From: the human T2T-CHM13v2.0 reference genome, Homo sapiens
Assembly (NCBI RefSeq): GCF_009914755.1
Contig: NC_060931.1
DNA length: 64,000 nt
Direction: 5' to 3' (one strand)
The translations under genes were made by a program, and so were the position numbers. The first letter of the stretch is position 1. Each line of letters opens with the position of its first letter. Under the pieces are notes generated by a model. The model saw only the letters and a program-made list of their open reading frames with translations. It had not been told where the DNA came from and did no database searches. Of this stretch, positions 27,574 through 42,790 are shown piece by piece.

Positions 27574-28036
27574 CTTCATATTATCATGTCCCCCCCACCC
27601 CCATTTCTTTCATTCACCTTCTATCACAGAGTCACAGCTTTGCACTCACAGTGTAGCCAAGTTGTAGCTACAGACCAAACATTGTAAAGAAATACCTCCG
27701 GGGAACTTGAGAATCAGTTAAAACTTGTGCTAAATCATGAGTGAAATATACATTGGGAAACACAGTTAACAACCCATTCCCCAACCTGCTTACTGGGCCA
27801 TCTTTCTAAAAATGCAAATTTGATCCTGCAGCTCCCTAGCTTAAAAGGCTTCACCTGCAACAGAAAGCCCTGGCTTTTTAGTTTTTCACCATAGGCTTAT
27901 TTATGGCTGGTCCTGCTTTCTTCCCCTCCTTATTTCTTCTCATCCCTTCCTTCTCACATTCTATGCTTCAGCTACATAGAAGGACTTATAATTTCCAGAA
28001 TGATACCTGCTCCCTTGCCTTTCAACCCATACACTT

Positions 28037-28364
<328 letters not shown>

Positions 28365-28485
28365 TGAAGCACTCTTCTCCACACATCCTTGGCCTTGCCA
28401 ACTCCTTGAAGGCTGAGCTTAGGTGTCTTAAGGACTTCAACTCCCAGACACTTCTGTATACCTGCGTTATAATATTTTTACTGCT

Positions 28486-28806
<321 letters not shown>

Positions 28807-28838
28807 TTACTGGTGCAGATAAATTTAAAATTCTTCTT

Positions 28839-29162
28839 GGCCATGTGTGGTGGCTCACACCTGTAATCTCAGCACTTTGGGAGGCCGAGGTGGGCGGATT
28901 GCTTGAGCTCAGGAGTTCAAGACTAGCCTGGGCAACATGATTAAACCCTGTCTCTACCAAAAATACAAAAACTTAGCCGGGCATGGTGGCACATGTCTGT
29001 GGTCTCAGCTACCTGAGAGGCTGAAGTAGGAGTATTGCTTGAGCCCTGGGTGGTAGTGGGGAGACTGGAGGTTATAGTGAGCTGAGATTGTACTACTGCA
29101 CTCCTGACTCCAGCCTGGGTGACAGAGTGAGATTTCATCTCAAAAAATATATAAAAAATAAA
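28839..29162 (+). mobile_element. Alu (AluJ-type)
   Basis: Dimer with A-rich tail. Confidence 0.93.
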
Positions 29163-29174
29163 AAATTTAAAATC

Positions 29175-29998
29175 CTTGAAAGCTGAAACTGCATTTTCTT
29201 GTAAGCACATGATATCCCTCTTAGGGTCCTGCTCCCCCATCCCCTGAGCATGGGAATAAAGAAAAAATCTTGACTCCCTTTAGGGGAAAATTCCAGGCAC
29301 CCCACTATCCTTGAGAAATAAATAAATAACCCACTAATCAATAAGGTAATAATAAGCTTAAACAATAGCCACCCAAGTAATCTAGAGTCATAAAATGTTT
29401 GGTTCCCTATAAAAACTAAAGATAACATCTTGACATATTTCCCTGAGTTGTTTTTCAGAAACCTGTACCCCCACAAGATGGAAAATGCTGACCACTGTCA
29501 CACAGACCTCAAATAAGGGAGAGCTAAGGACTGAACTCTAATCGTTGTCCCTTGTTCTAAATGTCTTCATGAGGGGCCTGGAGAGGGTCATCATGCCCAT
29601 AGATCAAACCTTAACATTCCTTTCTTCTGACCCCAAGTTTTTAGACAAAGCATTGCTTCCCTAACCAATTGTAAATCAAATAATCTGTGAACCTCTCTAT
29701 GACTTGTAAGCCCCCACTTCCAGATATTCTGCCTTTTGAGGCAAAACCAATGTGTAACCTCCATGTATTGAATTACATATGATTTTGCCTGTAACTTCTG
29801 CTTTCCTGAAATGTACCCCTTCCTTTAAAGACCCTTGCTTGTAAGCCGTGGGAGAGTTTGGGTCTTAAGTGTTAGCTGCCCAATTCTCCTTGCTTAATGC
29901 CATGCCATAAATGCCTCACTTTCTCTCACTGCAAATCTTGGTGTCAATGTTTGCCTTTGCTGCACCAGGTGGGCTGACCAAAGTTGGGTTGGATAACA
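29175..29998 (+). mobile_element. ERV1 MER4-group LTR
   Basis: aaccaattgtaaatcaa, aaaccaatgtgtaacctccatgtattga, ends ggataaca; may begin left of the preceding Alu. Confidence 0.7.
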
Positions 29999-30224
29999 CA
30001 TGGTATCTGGTACATTGAGAATAATCCCTAATGCTTATTAAATGAAGCCATCAATTATTTAATGTCTTTAATAAGCTTTTGGCCTTTCTACTTCAGAATA
30101 TAACTTTAGTTATTCCCAGCTATGGGCAATTTATTTTCTTTTGCATATTGTCTATAAATGATACCCAAAGAACTAATAGGAAAAAAAATTATTAGTCAGT
30201 TAAACAGGTAATTTAATATCAAAC

Positions 30225-30779
30225 CATAGAGGAGGAAAAATAATTGTCTCTCTACCCTTCAGAGTTCGTAGCTGAGACTCTGAAGGTTAACAGGAGAAAA
30301 ATAAATAAAAGATGAATAACGTGTGTACCTCCAGTATACATGGAAGGCATACTCAGCGAAATCTGAAAGAGTAAAATCTCCAGGCTAAATCTCAAGAGAT
30401 CTCAAAAGGGTTGTTTAAACTTCAGGCTTATACCATCCTTTGTTGAAACAAAAAGAGAAGTTTATTGGGAAAGGCTGATTATGGGAGATAGGAAGAGTAC
30501 AGTATACAAGAACAGTTTGTTATGCAAACTTAAGTCAGTCCCTTCTCCATTGATTAAGAGTATCTTGGATTTAGTCATTCTCTTCCTGGTACTAAGAGAG
30601 AGAGAGACACCCTTACAAATAACGATTTTCTTTATAGACATAAATTTCTCTTACAAAAGGGTACCTTCTACTCTAGTTTTCAGAGCTTCTCCTGTGTCTG
30701 CTGTTTCCCAAAATAATTCAATTCAAAAAATTCTATGTCAAAGAGGCTTATTTGGGGTGGTGTATTCTGGTCTTTTACA
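30225..30779 (-). mobile_element. ERV1 LTR, MER34-like
   Basis: gttaacaggagaaaa...tatgtcaaagaggcttatttggggtgg...ttttaca. Confidence 0.7.
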
Positions 30780-30909
30780 GTCACACTTTGAGATGACGTG
30801 TTCTGAACGCCATCAATATAAAAATCTTCTTAACTTGATTTAAAATTTTTTTCAGGTTGAAATTAGACATATAGCTTTATGTTGTCATTATTGTTTTGTT
30901 TCTTTAGAG

Positions 30910-31670
30910 TGTTAACTTAAAAGGAAGAAGCTGAGGAAAATTAATATATGTAGAGAGTTTCTTTGGGCCAAGCTTGCAGATTGCAACACAGGAGCACAGA
31001 TTGAAGTTGCCCTGAATATAATTCAACAAGCAGTAGTTACAAGTGAAAAAAAGTAGTTAAAGGCAAAAAGGGGAGACACAGAGTGGGCTGATACAAAGTT
31101 GCTTGTCAGGAATTCTCATTGTTTCATGGAAATGACGTGGAGTAGTGATTGGCTATACATTTTTGGCTATAGGGTGTGGGTTATAGTGTCTGGTGTGGCA
31201 TTATTAGCTTAATTTATAGCTACTTGTAGCAATAGCAAGCAGTTTCAAGAGATTAATATATAGCTCAAAGTGGGAAATAGGACATTATTGCAGTCTCATT
31301 TTAATGTCTCTTTGGGCCTGGTAAGTACTGTCTTCTTTTTTTTCTTTTTTTTTTTTTTTCTTTTTTGAGACAGGGTCTCACTCTGTCACCCAGACTGGAG
31401 TGCAATGGCACCATCTCGGCTCACTGCAACCTCTACCTCCCAGCCTCCCAAGTAGCTGGGACTATAGGCATGCACTACCATACCGTGCTAAATTTTTGTA
31501 TTTTTTTGTAGAGATGAGGTTTCCCCATGTTGCTCAGGCTGGCCTTGAACTCCTGAGCTCAAGCGATCTGCCTGCCTCAGCCTCCCAAAGTGCTGGGATT
31601 ACAGGCATGGGCCATCGCACCAGGCCAGGACCTGATAATTAAAAGGCCTCAGATAAAAGTTCTTTTCTCA
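30910..31670 (-). mobile_element. ERV1 LTR, MER65-like, with nested Alu
   Basis: TG...CA termini; perfect TSD agag. Confidence 0.75.
31332..31626 (-). mobile_element. Alu (AluJ-type, internal deletion)
   Basis: Antisense Alu with T-rich tail. Confidence 0.93.
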
Positions 31671-31994
31671 AGAGACAATCTTAGGACCACTTGCTGCATT
31701 ATCTATCAGTATTAATAAAGCCACTTTACATTTACCCTATAAGTGGAAATATTTTCTCAACTAATCACTTAACAGCCAGGTTTTATTTGAGAAGCAATTA
31801 AACATTTATGGGGTCTACAGAAGATATGAACAAATGCTATATAAAGACATCCCTAATAACAGACTATAGGAAAAAAATTGTGCTTTAATGCATTATCCAC
31901 ATACAGCATGTCACTCTGGGTTACTAGATTTTAGCCTTTCATGATCTTTGCATTTTATTGCATATTTATTTTATGACTCTTTGCAAGTTAAAAG

Positions 31995-32445
31995 TGACAA
32001 AGACCCTCCCCTTAGGCTCCTTTGAATCTTCTTTTTGACTAACTCTCACTCTTGGTCTCATCCTTGCCCCACCTAGTCTAGTTTTAGCAAGAATCCTCTT
32101 GAATCAATATGGCAAAAATCCCCTGCCCTTGGCATGTGATCACTATTGATGACTGATTAGGTTCCTCTTACTTCATCCTCTATATCTTTTCACAGTGGGC
32201 TGCCTTCAGCAAGAATCCTAAGTCAGTGTAGCCATAATCCCCATAGTCTTGATGTTTCCTCTTAGTAATTTTCTATCCTCTGATCTCCGCCCTTTACCTT
32301 GGCCATAAATCCCCACTTTTTCTTGTTGTATTAAGAATGGGATTTCATTCTATGCTGAGATCTCTTTTTCCCTATTGCAATAATTCCTGAATAAAATTTG
32401 CTTTTATCACTTTAACTTTCTGTCTGGCTGTGGTTTGCTTTGACA
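31995..32445 (+). mobile_element. MER31-like LTR inside the 5' LTR
   Basis: tgacaaagac...ttttagcaagaatcc...ctttgaca; TSD aaag/atag. Confidence 0.75.
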
Positions 32446-32567
32446 ATAGACATGCATATTCTGTCTTACAGAGTGGAGTTCAATCGACTTCCCATCTCCT
32501 ATGGGGGAAAAAAACCAGTTTTGCCTCTATTTGTAATTCCATTTCTTTACTCCATAGAAATGTGTGA

Positions 32568-32914
<347 letters not shown>

Positions 32915-32943
32915 TTATAATATCTACCCGCCTTCCTTACTGA

Positions 32944-33323
<380 letters not shown>

Positions 33324-33362
33324 TGATCTTACCTTTTCTAGAAAATTATCTTTTAACAATTT

Positions 33363-33380
33363 TGGAAGTTCCACTGAAAT
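33363..33380 (+). promoter_or_regulatory. Degenerate retroviral primer binding site, tRNA-Gln-like
   Basis: tggaagttccactgaaat matches 15/18 of TGGAGGTTCCACCGAGAT (complement of the tRNA-Gln 3' end), 4 nt after the LTR end. Confidence 0.7.
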
Positions 33381-33774
33381 GCCCAGTGGATTTACCTACC
33401 AAAGCCAGGTAACCTTTGCAGGCAGAGAAATGCACTTCATGGGCAGTGTAAGCCCAGGTAGATCTTTTCTTGGCTCACAGAATTGAATCCAAGATGGCAA
33501 GAAAACCTTGCTCACTCTGTTTTTCTCATTCTAATTCTCCTCTATACTAATTTTACATTTTTGGTTTTGGGTTGTTTACTGTCAGTAAGTTAGTCCCCGT
33601 TGCAGGAAGTAATGGTTGGGAATTCACTTTTATGATCTGATTATTTGATGATCTCTGTAAATGAATTAATAGTTAACAGAGATCTCTGCTAGGTGAGAGA
33701 TAGCAGAGAATCTAGTGGGTTAGTCTTTTCTGTTTATCTGTTTTCTATTTTGAACTCTTGCAGAAACCAAATTA

Positions 33775-34171
<397 letters not shown>

Positions 34172-35068
34172 TTAACAAAAAATACCTATGTCTTCTTTGA
34201 TTTACTAGAGAATGAGAATAATATAATGTAGGTGCTTATGCTACTTGGGTATGTTTTTCCTAATCTTAAACAGGTTAATAGATTGAATAAGCTTGCCTTA
34301 CTTCTACTTCATGTTTAAGATGTTTATAAATATAAATTTATATTTACTCATACTGAATCATTATTGTGATAAACTTTATTTCAACAATAATTATGTTTTG
34401 TGTATGTCAGCTTCAGGACAATTTTCAAGGTCTGTAAGTAACTTAAAACCTTGGACCAATGGTAAGTTGAGTTAATTAATGGAGAATCATTAGATAGACA
34501 GACAGTATTTCAAGATAGTAAGATAGAATACTCATTACTACTCATAATTTCAAGTTTATATCCCTTTACTTCTTATTTTCATAAGACTATCTCTTTGGGT
34601 CTGTACTGAATGTGCTGCTCATTTCTGCCACTTTGGGGAGTGTATAAAAATGATATGTGTGGCTAAGGCAAGCTGTATTGTGTGTATTCACAAGTTCTGC
34701 TAGTCTGCTGCAAAATGCTGGTGTGACAGTGAACAATTATCCACTCTCCAGGTCTCTCTGTGAAATAGAAGTGTGTTACTTTGGCTAAAAGTTATAATGG
34801 ATATGTGGCTTTGGCTATATTTAGGAGCCATAGTTTCTGACAAATACAGCTGTGTATTTCCATTTTTTGAGGAAAAGAGTAATTTTGTCCCAAAGGAGTG
34901 GAGTATTTTTGGTCTCCAAACCCCCTTGTGCTCTTCAAGCTTATTGAGAACCACAAAGAAATAGAACTGCCTTTGAGATTTCCCAAAGGACTCCCATAAA
35001 GTCACAAAGATTTGTTCTTTTGCCTTCTAAAAAGGCAGATGTTAAAAATAATTAGGCTCATGTAACAT

Positions 35069-35980
35069 TATTAGGGCTAAAAACAAAAAACTTATACTGT
35101 AAAATATGGTGCCTTGACAAGTCTTTTTTTTTTTTTTTTTTTTTTTTGGAGACAAGGTCCACTCTATCACCCAGGCTGGAGGGCAGTGGCATGATCTCAG
35201 CTCACTGCAGCCTGACCTGCCAGGCTCAAGAGATCCTCCCACTCCAGCCTCCCAAGTAGCTGGGACCATAGGCACATGCCACCATGCCCAGCTAATTTTT
35301 GTATTTTTTTGTAGAGATGGGGTTTTGCCATGTTGCCCAGGCTGATCTTGAACTCTGAGCTCAAGCATCTTCCCAACTTGGCCTCCCAAAGTGCTGGGAT
35401 TATAGGCATGACCCACCATGCCCAGCCTCTTGACATGCTTTGAACTAAAAAACCAGCCTCAGAAACAAAGTCTCTCTGACTTTCTCCCACCCTCACCCTC
35501 TGTCCCCCAATCTCAGTCCTCTGCCTCTCTGAAAGCACAGGGAGAGGCTTTCTCTCAAGTTCATTTATGGGACTGCAGGAAGTTCCTCCAGACAGAATGC
35601 AATTGTCTTAGGTCTTCTCCCTGTAATCTCAGAAAACAAAGAAGGTTAACTTGCTGGAATGATGACTAGATTGGGCACCATACCCAAAGCCCAGACAGAC
35701 TTTCTCCCAGGCTATTGTTTGTTCTTCTCCCCTAAAAATCATTTACTTTTCCTCTAAAATTGCATACATCCCCCACTCCTTCTCCCCTATGAAGAGAGTA
35801 TTTAAACTTCAACCATCTGGCCCTTCTTTGAGTATCACACTTTGTGTGACTCCCGTGCACTTGCACGTTAATAAATTTTTATGCCTTTTCTACTGTTGAT
35901 CTGTCTATTGTCATTTTGTTTTATAGGCTCAAATTCTTGAACTCCCAGGGAGTGGAAGAAAACTTTCTTTCATCCCTACA
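35069..35980 (+). mobile_element. ERV1 solo LTR (MER34/LTR54 group) with nested Alu
   Basis: aaaatatggtgcc...cccctaaaaatcatttact...ttaataaattttt...ccctaca. Confidence 0.65.
35124..35427 (-). mobile_element. Alu (AluJ-type)
   Basis: Antisense dimer, long T tail. Confidence 0.95.
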
Positions 35981-36307
35981 GTGTGTTATTATTAATGAGT
36001 TACATAGAAAGAGTTGTCGAATTAAAAAAGATACTTATGCTTCCCTAGATTAAATTTATATGGGTAAAATCATCACAAACATTTTACAAACTAAAATCCA
36101 TATGTGAAGTTCCTAGAGATTTGTCAATGCCTTCACTGCCTATGACATGGTTCTATTTATCAGAGTTCAGGTGTAGCTCTGCCTGATAATAGACAATAGA
36201 CAATAGTATACAGTAGACAGTCATAATTTCAGTTATTTTTGGCATGCCAGCTTTGTTAAGATATAATTCACACACAACACAATTTAACCATTTAAACTAT
36301 ACAATTC

Positions 36308-36620
36308 AGCCAGGCATGGTGGCTCATGCCTGCAATCCCAGCACTTTGGGAGGCTGAGGCGGGAGGATTGCTTGAGATCAGGAGTTTGACATCAGCCTAG
36401 GCAATATAGGGAGACCTCCTCTCTACAAAAAATTTTTAAAAATCAGCCAGGCATAGTGGTACATGCCTATAGCCCCAGCTACTTGGGAGGCTGATAGGGG
36501 GATTGCCTGAGCCTGGGAGATCAAGGCTGCAAGTGAGCCATGATCATGCTACTGCACTCCAGCCTGGGAGACAAATCAAGGCTTTGTCTCAAAAATACTA
36601 ATAATAATAATAATAATAAT
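36308..36620 (+). mobile_element. Alu (AluJ-type)
   Basis: Dimer, (AAT)n tail. Confidence 0.93.
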
Positions 36621-37217
36621 TAGGTGTATAATTCAATGGTTCTTAGTATATTCAGTTATGCAACCATCACCACAATCAATTTTAGAACATATTCTTCACT
36701 TCAAAAAGAAATCCTGTAACCATTAACAGTCATTCTGCATTTCCCCACTAACCACCAACCCAGAATTGCCTATTTGGGACATTTCGTATAGATGGAATCA
36801 TGCCATATGTGATCTTTTATAGCTGGCTTCTTTCCCTTAGCATAACATTTTAAGGTTCATTTATATTTTACCATGTATCATTACTTCATTCCTTGTTATT
36901 TGCAAATATTATTCCATTGTACAAATATAACTTTTTATTTATCCACTCATCAATTGATAGGCATTTAGATTGTTTTCACTCTTTGGTTATTATGAATGCT
37001 GATGCTATAAAAATTCATTTACAAGTTTTTGTGTAAACATGTTTTCATTTCTCTTGGGTATATACTTAGAAGTAGATTTTCTAGGTCATATGGTAATTCT
37101 ATGTTTAATCATTTTTATGGCAACCCTATGTTTAACTATCAGATTGTTTTCCAAAGTGGCTGCCCCATTTTTCAGTCCACTAGCAGTGTATGAGGGTTTC
37201 AATATCTTTATACCTTA

Positions 37218-37541
<324 letters not shown>

Positions 37542-38532
37542 ACACTTATTATCTGTCTATTTGATTACAGCATCTTAATGGGTATGAAGTGCTATCCTAT
37601 CACCTTGAGATTTACTTGTTTTCTTTTCTCCCTAATGGCTAATGATGTTAAACATCTTTTCATGTGTTTATTGGCCATTTATATATCTTCTTTAGAGAAA
37701 TGTTAATTCGAATACTTTGCCCATTTTGTACTTGGGTTATTTTATTGAGTTGTAAGACTTCTTTATGTATACTAGGTACAAGTTCCTTATAAGATGTATG
37801 AGTTGCAAATATTTTCTCCAGTTCGTGGATTGTCTCTTCACTTTTTTGATGGTGTCCTTTGAAGCATGACTGTGGTGAAGTCCACAATTTTCTAATTTTT
37901 CTTTTGTCAATTGTGTTTTTGGTGTTACATCTAGAAAGGCTTTGCCTAACCCAAGGTCACAAAGATTTATACCCTACATTTCATTCCAAGAGTTTTATTG
38001 TTTTAGCTCTTACATTTAGGACTCTGATCCATTTTTAGTTAATTTTTGTGTATGGTTTGAGGAAGAAGTTCATCTTTATTCTTTTGCATGTGCATATCCA
38101 GTTGTCATATTTGAGAATGATGCTCATTTTACCAAATATGACCATGTTCCTATAAGTAACTAAGGTTGTAAACTTCATGAAACCAATGCTTGCAATGTCC
38201 TGTTGGGTAAGCTCACCTGGTACCTGGCTTATAGGTTTCCCTGCCTTCCAGGTAGGTTTAGAAGGTCACTTTCTGGCAGGTCCAAAAGTCTTAGCATCTT
38301 TGGGGGACCTGGAGAAGAAAGCAATTTGTCTCATTTATAGGAAATGCAAGGAAATCTGATGATGAGTTCTTACCTTGGTTTCTTAGCCTCATGATAGTAA
38401 ATAATGAGAGGTTTTAAAAGCCCATTCCGAGATTGCTTATAAAAACTTCCAGCAAAGCAAATTTAAGGTCTCTATGGTAAAGGAATTTTCTTGCTACACC
38501 TGTATATATAATCAGGCCAGATCTGTCAATGT

Positions 38533-39106
38533 TGAGAGAGGAGGAAGGGAGAAACCAGTTAGGCAGCAGTTAGGGTGGGTCCTCTGTTGAATTCTTTCAA
38601 ACAAAAGAACAGCCTGAAAAATCAAGCTGCAGGCACAAATAAGGGAACTTGCACAGGGGCTTGCCTAAGACATACCCACCGCTGCACAGATAAGAAAGGC
38701 TACACAGGTGACTTGCCCAAACATTCCCGCAATGGAAAATTTCGTCCTCTGACACATGCACAGTGAAGGGAACAAAGCAATATGGAGTAATTCAAGCTAA
38801 AGGCCTGCATGCACACTAGGTGGATGCAATGGGGCTACCAGAAATTTGTGCCTTATGGAAATAAAATGTCCAGCCCTCATCGGTTCCTATAAAAGGCTTT
38901 GTATTCAACTTTGAAAACAGCAATCCTCTTTCAGGCCCCCTCTCTGCAGCGGAGAGCTTTCTTTTTTAGCTTACTAAACTTTTGCTCCAACCTCACCCTT
39001 GGTGTCTGCGCTTCTTAATTTTCTTGGTCATTACACAAAGAACTTCCTGTGATACTTTGGGCAATGAGAAACTGCTACATTGTGGTGCACTGGGGAGACT
39101 GTAACC
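38533..39106 (+). mobile_element. MER61-family solo LTR (ERV1)
   Basis: tgagagagg...gcagttagggtgggtcc...aagaacagcctgaaaaatcaagctgcaggcac; perfect TSD atgt. Confidence 0.75.
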
Positions 39107-39259
39107 ATGTGTATCTTACTTTGTGATCAAGAATAATCTTTCGAGGGTTATTTTTTATTAAAAGAGGAGAGACTATACAAAAAAAAATTGTGTTTCAATG
39201 GAAAACTATGGATTATCTACATACAACACGCCTTGTGTTACCTAATCTAGACTTTCTAA

Positions 39260-39548
39260 TTTTTCTTAGAGACAGGGCTTTGCTCTGTTGCCCAGACTGA
39301 AGTCAAGTGGCATGATCATCACTCACTGCAGCTTGAACTCTTGGGCTCAAGTGATCCTCCCACCTCACCTCACCTAGGACTACAGGGATGTGTCACTATG
39401 CCCAGCTAAGTGTTTGTTTATTTGTTTTGTAGATCTGGGGCCTCTCTGTGTTGCCCAGGCTGGTCGTTAACTCCTGGCCTCAACTCATCCTCCCACCTCA
39501 GCCTCCCAAAGTGCTGGGATTACGGTTGTGAGCCCCTGTGCCCAGCCA
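39260..39548 (-). mobile_element. Alu (AluJ-type) inside the 3' LTR
   Basis: Antisense dimer. Confidence 0.92.
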
Positions 39549-40124
39549 GTCAGATTTTAGCCTTTATAATCTCTGAGCTATTTTACAACTCTTTGTAAAC
39601 GGATAGACTACACATTCTGTCTTGTCTGATAGGGTTTCAATGAACTTATCTCCCCTCTCAGGGAAAAAATACCTTTGCCTCCATTTGTAATTCCATTCCT
39701 TTATTCCATATAAATCTGTACCTTTTGACTTTTCCTTTGATCCAGTGTAATATTTGCCTGCTTCCCTCATCAAATAAGTAAAATCTTTCACACATGTTCA
39801 TTTTTTATCTGTATGAGAGTCATGATTTTACCTTTATTTCAAAAGTTATCTTTTAACAATACATTACAAAGTGGGATAGAGATGAAATCAGATAAGAGAG
39901 AAAAAGACCCATGAAAATGCATAGGTTTAGGATGTACCTCATTTGGACTCTGCAGAGACAATGAAACAAAGTCTCAAAGAAGTTGATTTGCCGAAAGATA
40001 CAACCAGGAAATGGGGGTGAGATAAGGGTGAAGGGTAAACAATAATTAATGGAAAAGAAATTAAAATGACACAAAACATGTGAATAAATGCTCAATCCCA
40101 TAATGCTCTCAAATCCTTTTTTAA

Positions 40125-40590
40125 AAAGACCTATCATTTTTCATTTAAGAGAGTGGTAAAGAAATAGAAGTGTGGTACTATTCAGGGCTGGTAAGTAGGT
40201 AGCAGGAATAGGCGCATTTCTGCTTTGTGAATAAGGGAGCAGGATACACTCTTTAGGAGGCTATTTAATAATATTTAAATACAAGTATCCTTTAAACCAG
40301 CATTTCTACTTTTAGATGTTTAATTGGTGAAATGCTTGCACAAGTATGTGATGATATATGTTCAAGGATGTTCATTTTCAATATTGTTGTAATAGAAAGC
40401 TTGGAAGCACCCTAGATTTCCATCAATAAAGGACTGTTTCAGAACTCTGTATCTAGAATGGTGCATTTTTTGTTTAAAAATATACATATAGTGGTCATCT
40501 TAGAGGGATGGGACTATAAAACTTTGTACTCCACATTTTTTGTTTTACATGTTTGTATTACTTTTGCCATATTTTTTAAAAAGTAAAAAT
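40125..40590 (+). mobile_element. L1ME-type 3' fragment
   Basis: atatgttcaaggatgttcatt...tgtaatag...ccatcaataaaggactg. Confidence 0.6.
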
Positions 40591-41399
40591 ATACCTATAA
40601 GAGAATCCAATCTTTTGAACTTGGTACAGTATCATATAAATGAACTCATTTTTTCAGTGCACCAATGGAAGCTTCTCAGTGGAGGTGGAGAGGGTTGTAG
40701 AACAGCATTCTGAATTGGACCTCCATGAAGTAGGGCATAGTCATTACTCACTAGTCACTAAGAACATTTTCTATGGGATGTGCACAATATCCAGACAAGA
40801 ATTTTAACAAGATCCACACATGCTACTTGAGCCAATGAAACACTTTACTTAATCAATTAACTAATGAAGGTTTTAGGGCAAATAACTACGACTGAAGAAT
40901 TGATGAACTATAGAATGTAGGTGTATGTGTGTGTCTTTTGACTGTAGTTCCCACTGAAGAGTTGCCGAATGATGAATTAATGCTAAATGATCCAGATACA
41001 CATCATATAAATAATTACTTATAAATATTATTCAAATGAAATTTATCTACTTTAAACAGCTATTTGTGCAGTTAATTGATTTTAAACTGCATATACTTCC
41101 AATTTCAAAATAGGCTGATTTGAAGTAGAGTCTTCAGTAGGGGCGTAGCATATTATGATTTTAAAAATTTAAATCTTATGTTACACTAAAATGCTGTAGG
41201 AAATAGATTTGATCGGGCAACCAAACCGATGTCATGGGTCACTATTCGTAAGTACCATGGCAAATAATAATGATTAACATTTACCACAGACTTATTGCAT
41301 AGAAATAATTTCTGTAAGTTATGCCTCCAAGCAACTCAGTGATGTAAGTAATGATTTATCCTGGCTTAACAGAAGTTAACTAAAGATACGGAGGGAGAA

Positions 41400-41578
41400 A
41401 ATGAGGCCAGGGAGTTCTCTGGGGCCTCTTTTATAAGGGTACAATCCCATTCGTGAAAACTCCATTTCCATTACCCAGTCCTATCCCAAAGACCTTGCCT
41501 CCTAACACCATCACATTTCAGGTGAGAATTTTGCATAGGCATTTGGGAAGGGAGGACAAAAATATTCAGTCCATAACA
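41400..41578 (-). mobile_element. MLT1A/B fragment
   Basis: cttttataagggtacaatcccatt...aatattcagtccataaca. Confidence 0.7.
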
Positions 41579-41611
41579 AAATTCCTCATTGAGGTTGTGT
41601 GTATTGACTAG

Positions 41612-41983
<372 letters not shown>

Positions 41984-42487
41984 TGATTTATATTCACAAT
42001 AAAGCTAAAAGAGGAAACACATGTATTGTGGAACAAAAAGCACACAAAGAAGCTGTTTGAATGTCTTTTTAAAATTTTTACTTTTCAATGTTTTTATTGA
42101 TGTGAAATATTTGAACATATTTATAGGATACATGTAATATTTTGTTACATGAATAGAATCTGTAATGATCAAGTCAGGATATTTAGGATATCCATCACCA
42201 TCAGCATTTTACCATTTCCATGTGTTGAGAATGTTTCAAGTCCTTACTTCTAGCTATTTTGAAATGTGTAATACATAATTGTTAAATATAGTCACCTATA
42301 TCACTATAAAATATTAGAACTTATTCTAACTAACTGTATGTACCCATTAACCCATCCTACTTTACTTCCCCCCACGCACACTCACAGATAGTTCCCAGCC
42401 TCTGATAACTGTCATTCTACTCACTACCTCCATGAAATCAACATTTTTATGAGCATATGAGTACATGTGATAATATTTGTCTTTCTG

Positions 42488-42790
42488 GTTTTTGTTTTTG
42501 TTTTGAGACAGGGTCTCACCCCGTAGCCCAGGCTGGAGTTTAGTGGCACTATCACAGCTCACTGCAGCTTCCAACTCCCTGGGCTCAGGTGATCTTCCCC
42601 CCTGTACCTCCTGACTAGCTGGGACTACAGGCACATGCCATCATGCCTGTCTAATTTTTGTATTTTTTTTTGTAGAGATGGGGTTTTGCCATGTTGTCCA
42701 GGCTGGTCTCAAACTCACGGGCTCAAGTGATCAGCCCACCTTGGCCTCCCAAAATGCTGGGATTACAGGCATGAGCCACCACACCTGGCC
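42488..42790 (-). mobile_element. Alu (AluJ-type) in L1
   Basis: TSD atattt(g/a)tctttctg. Confidence 0.95.
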
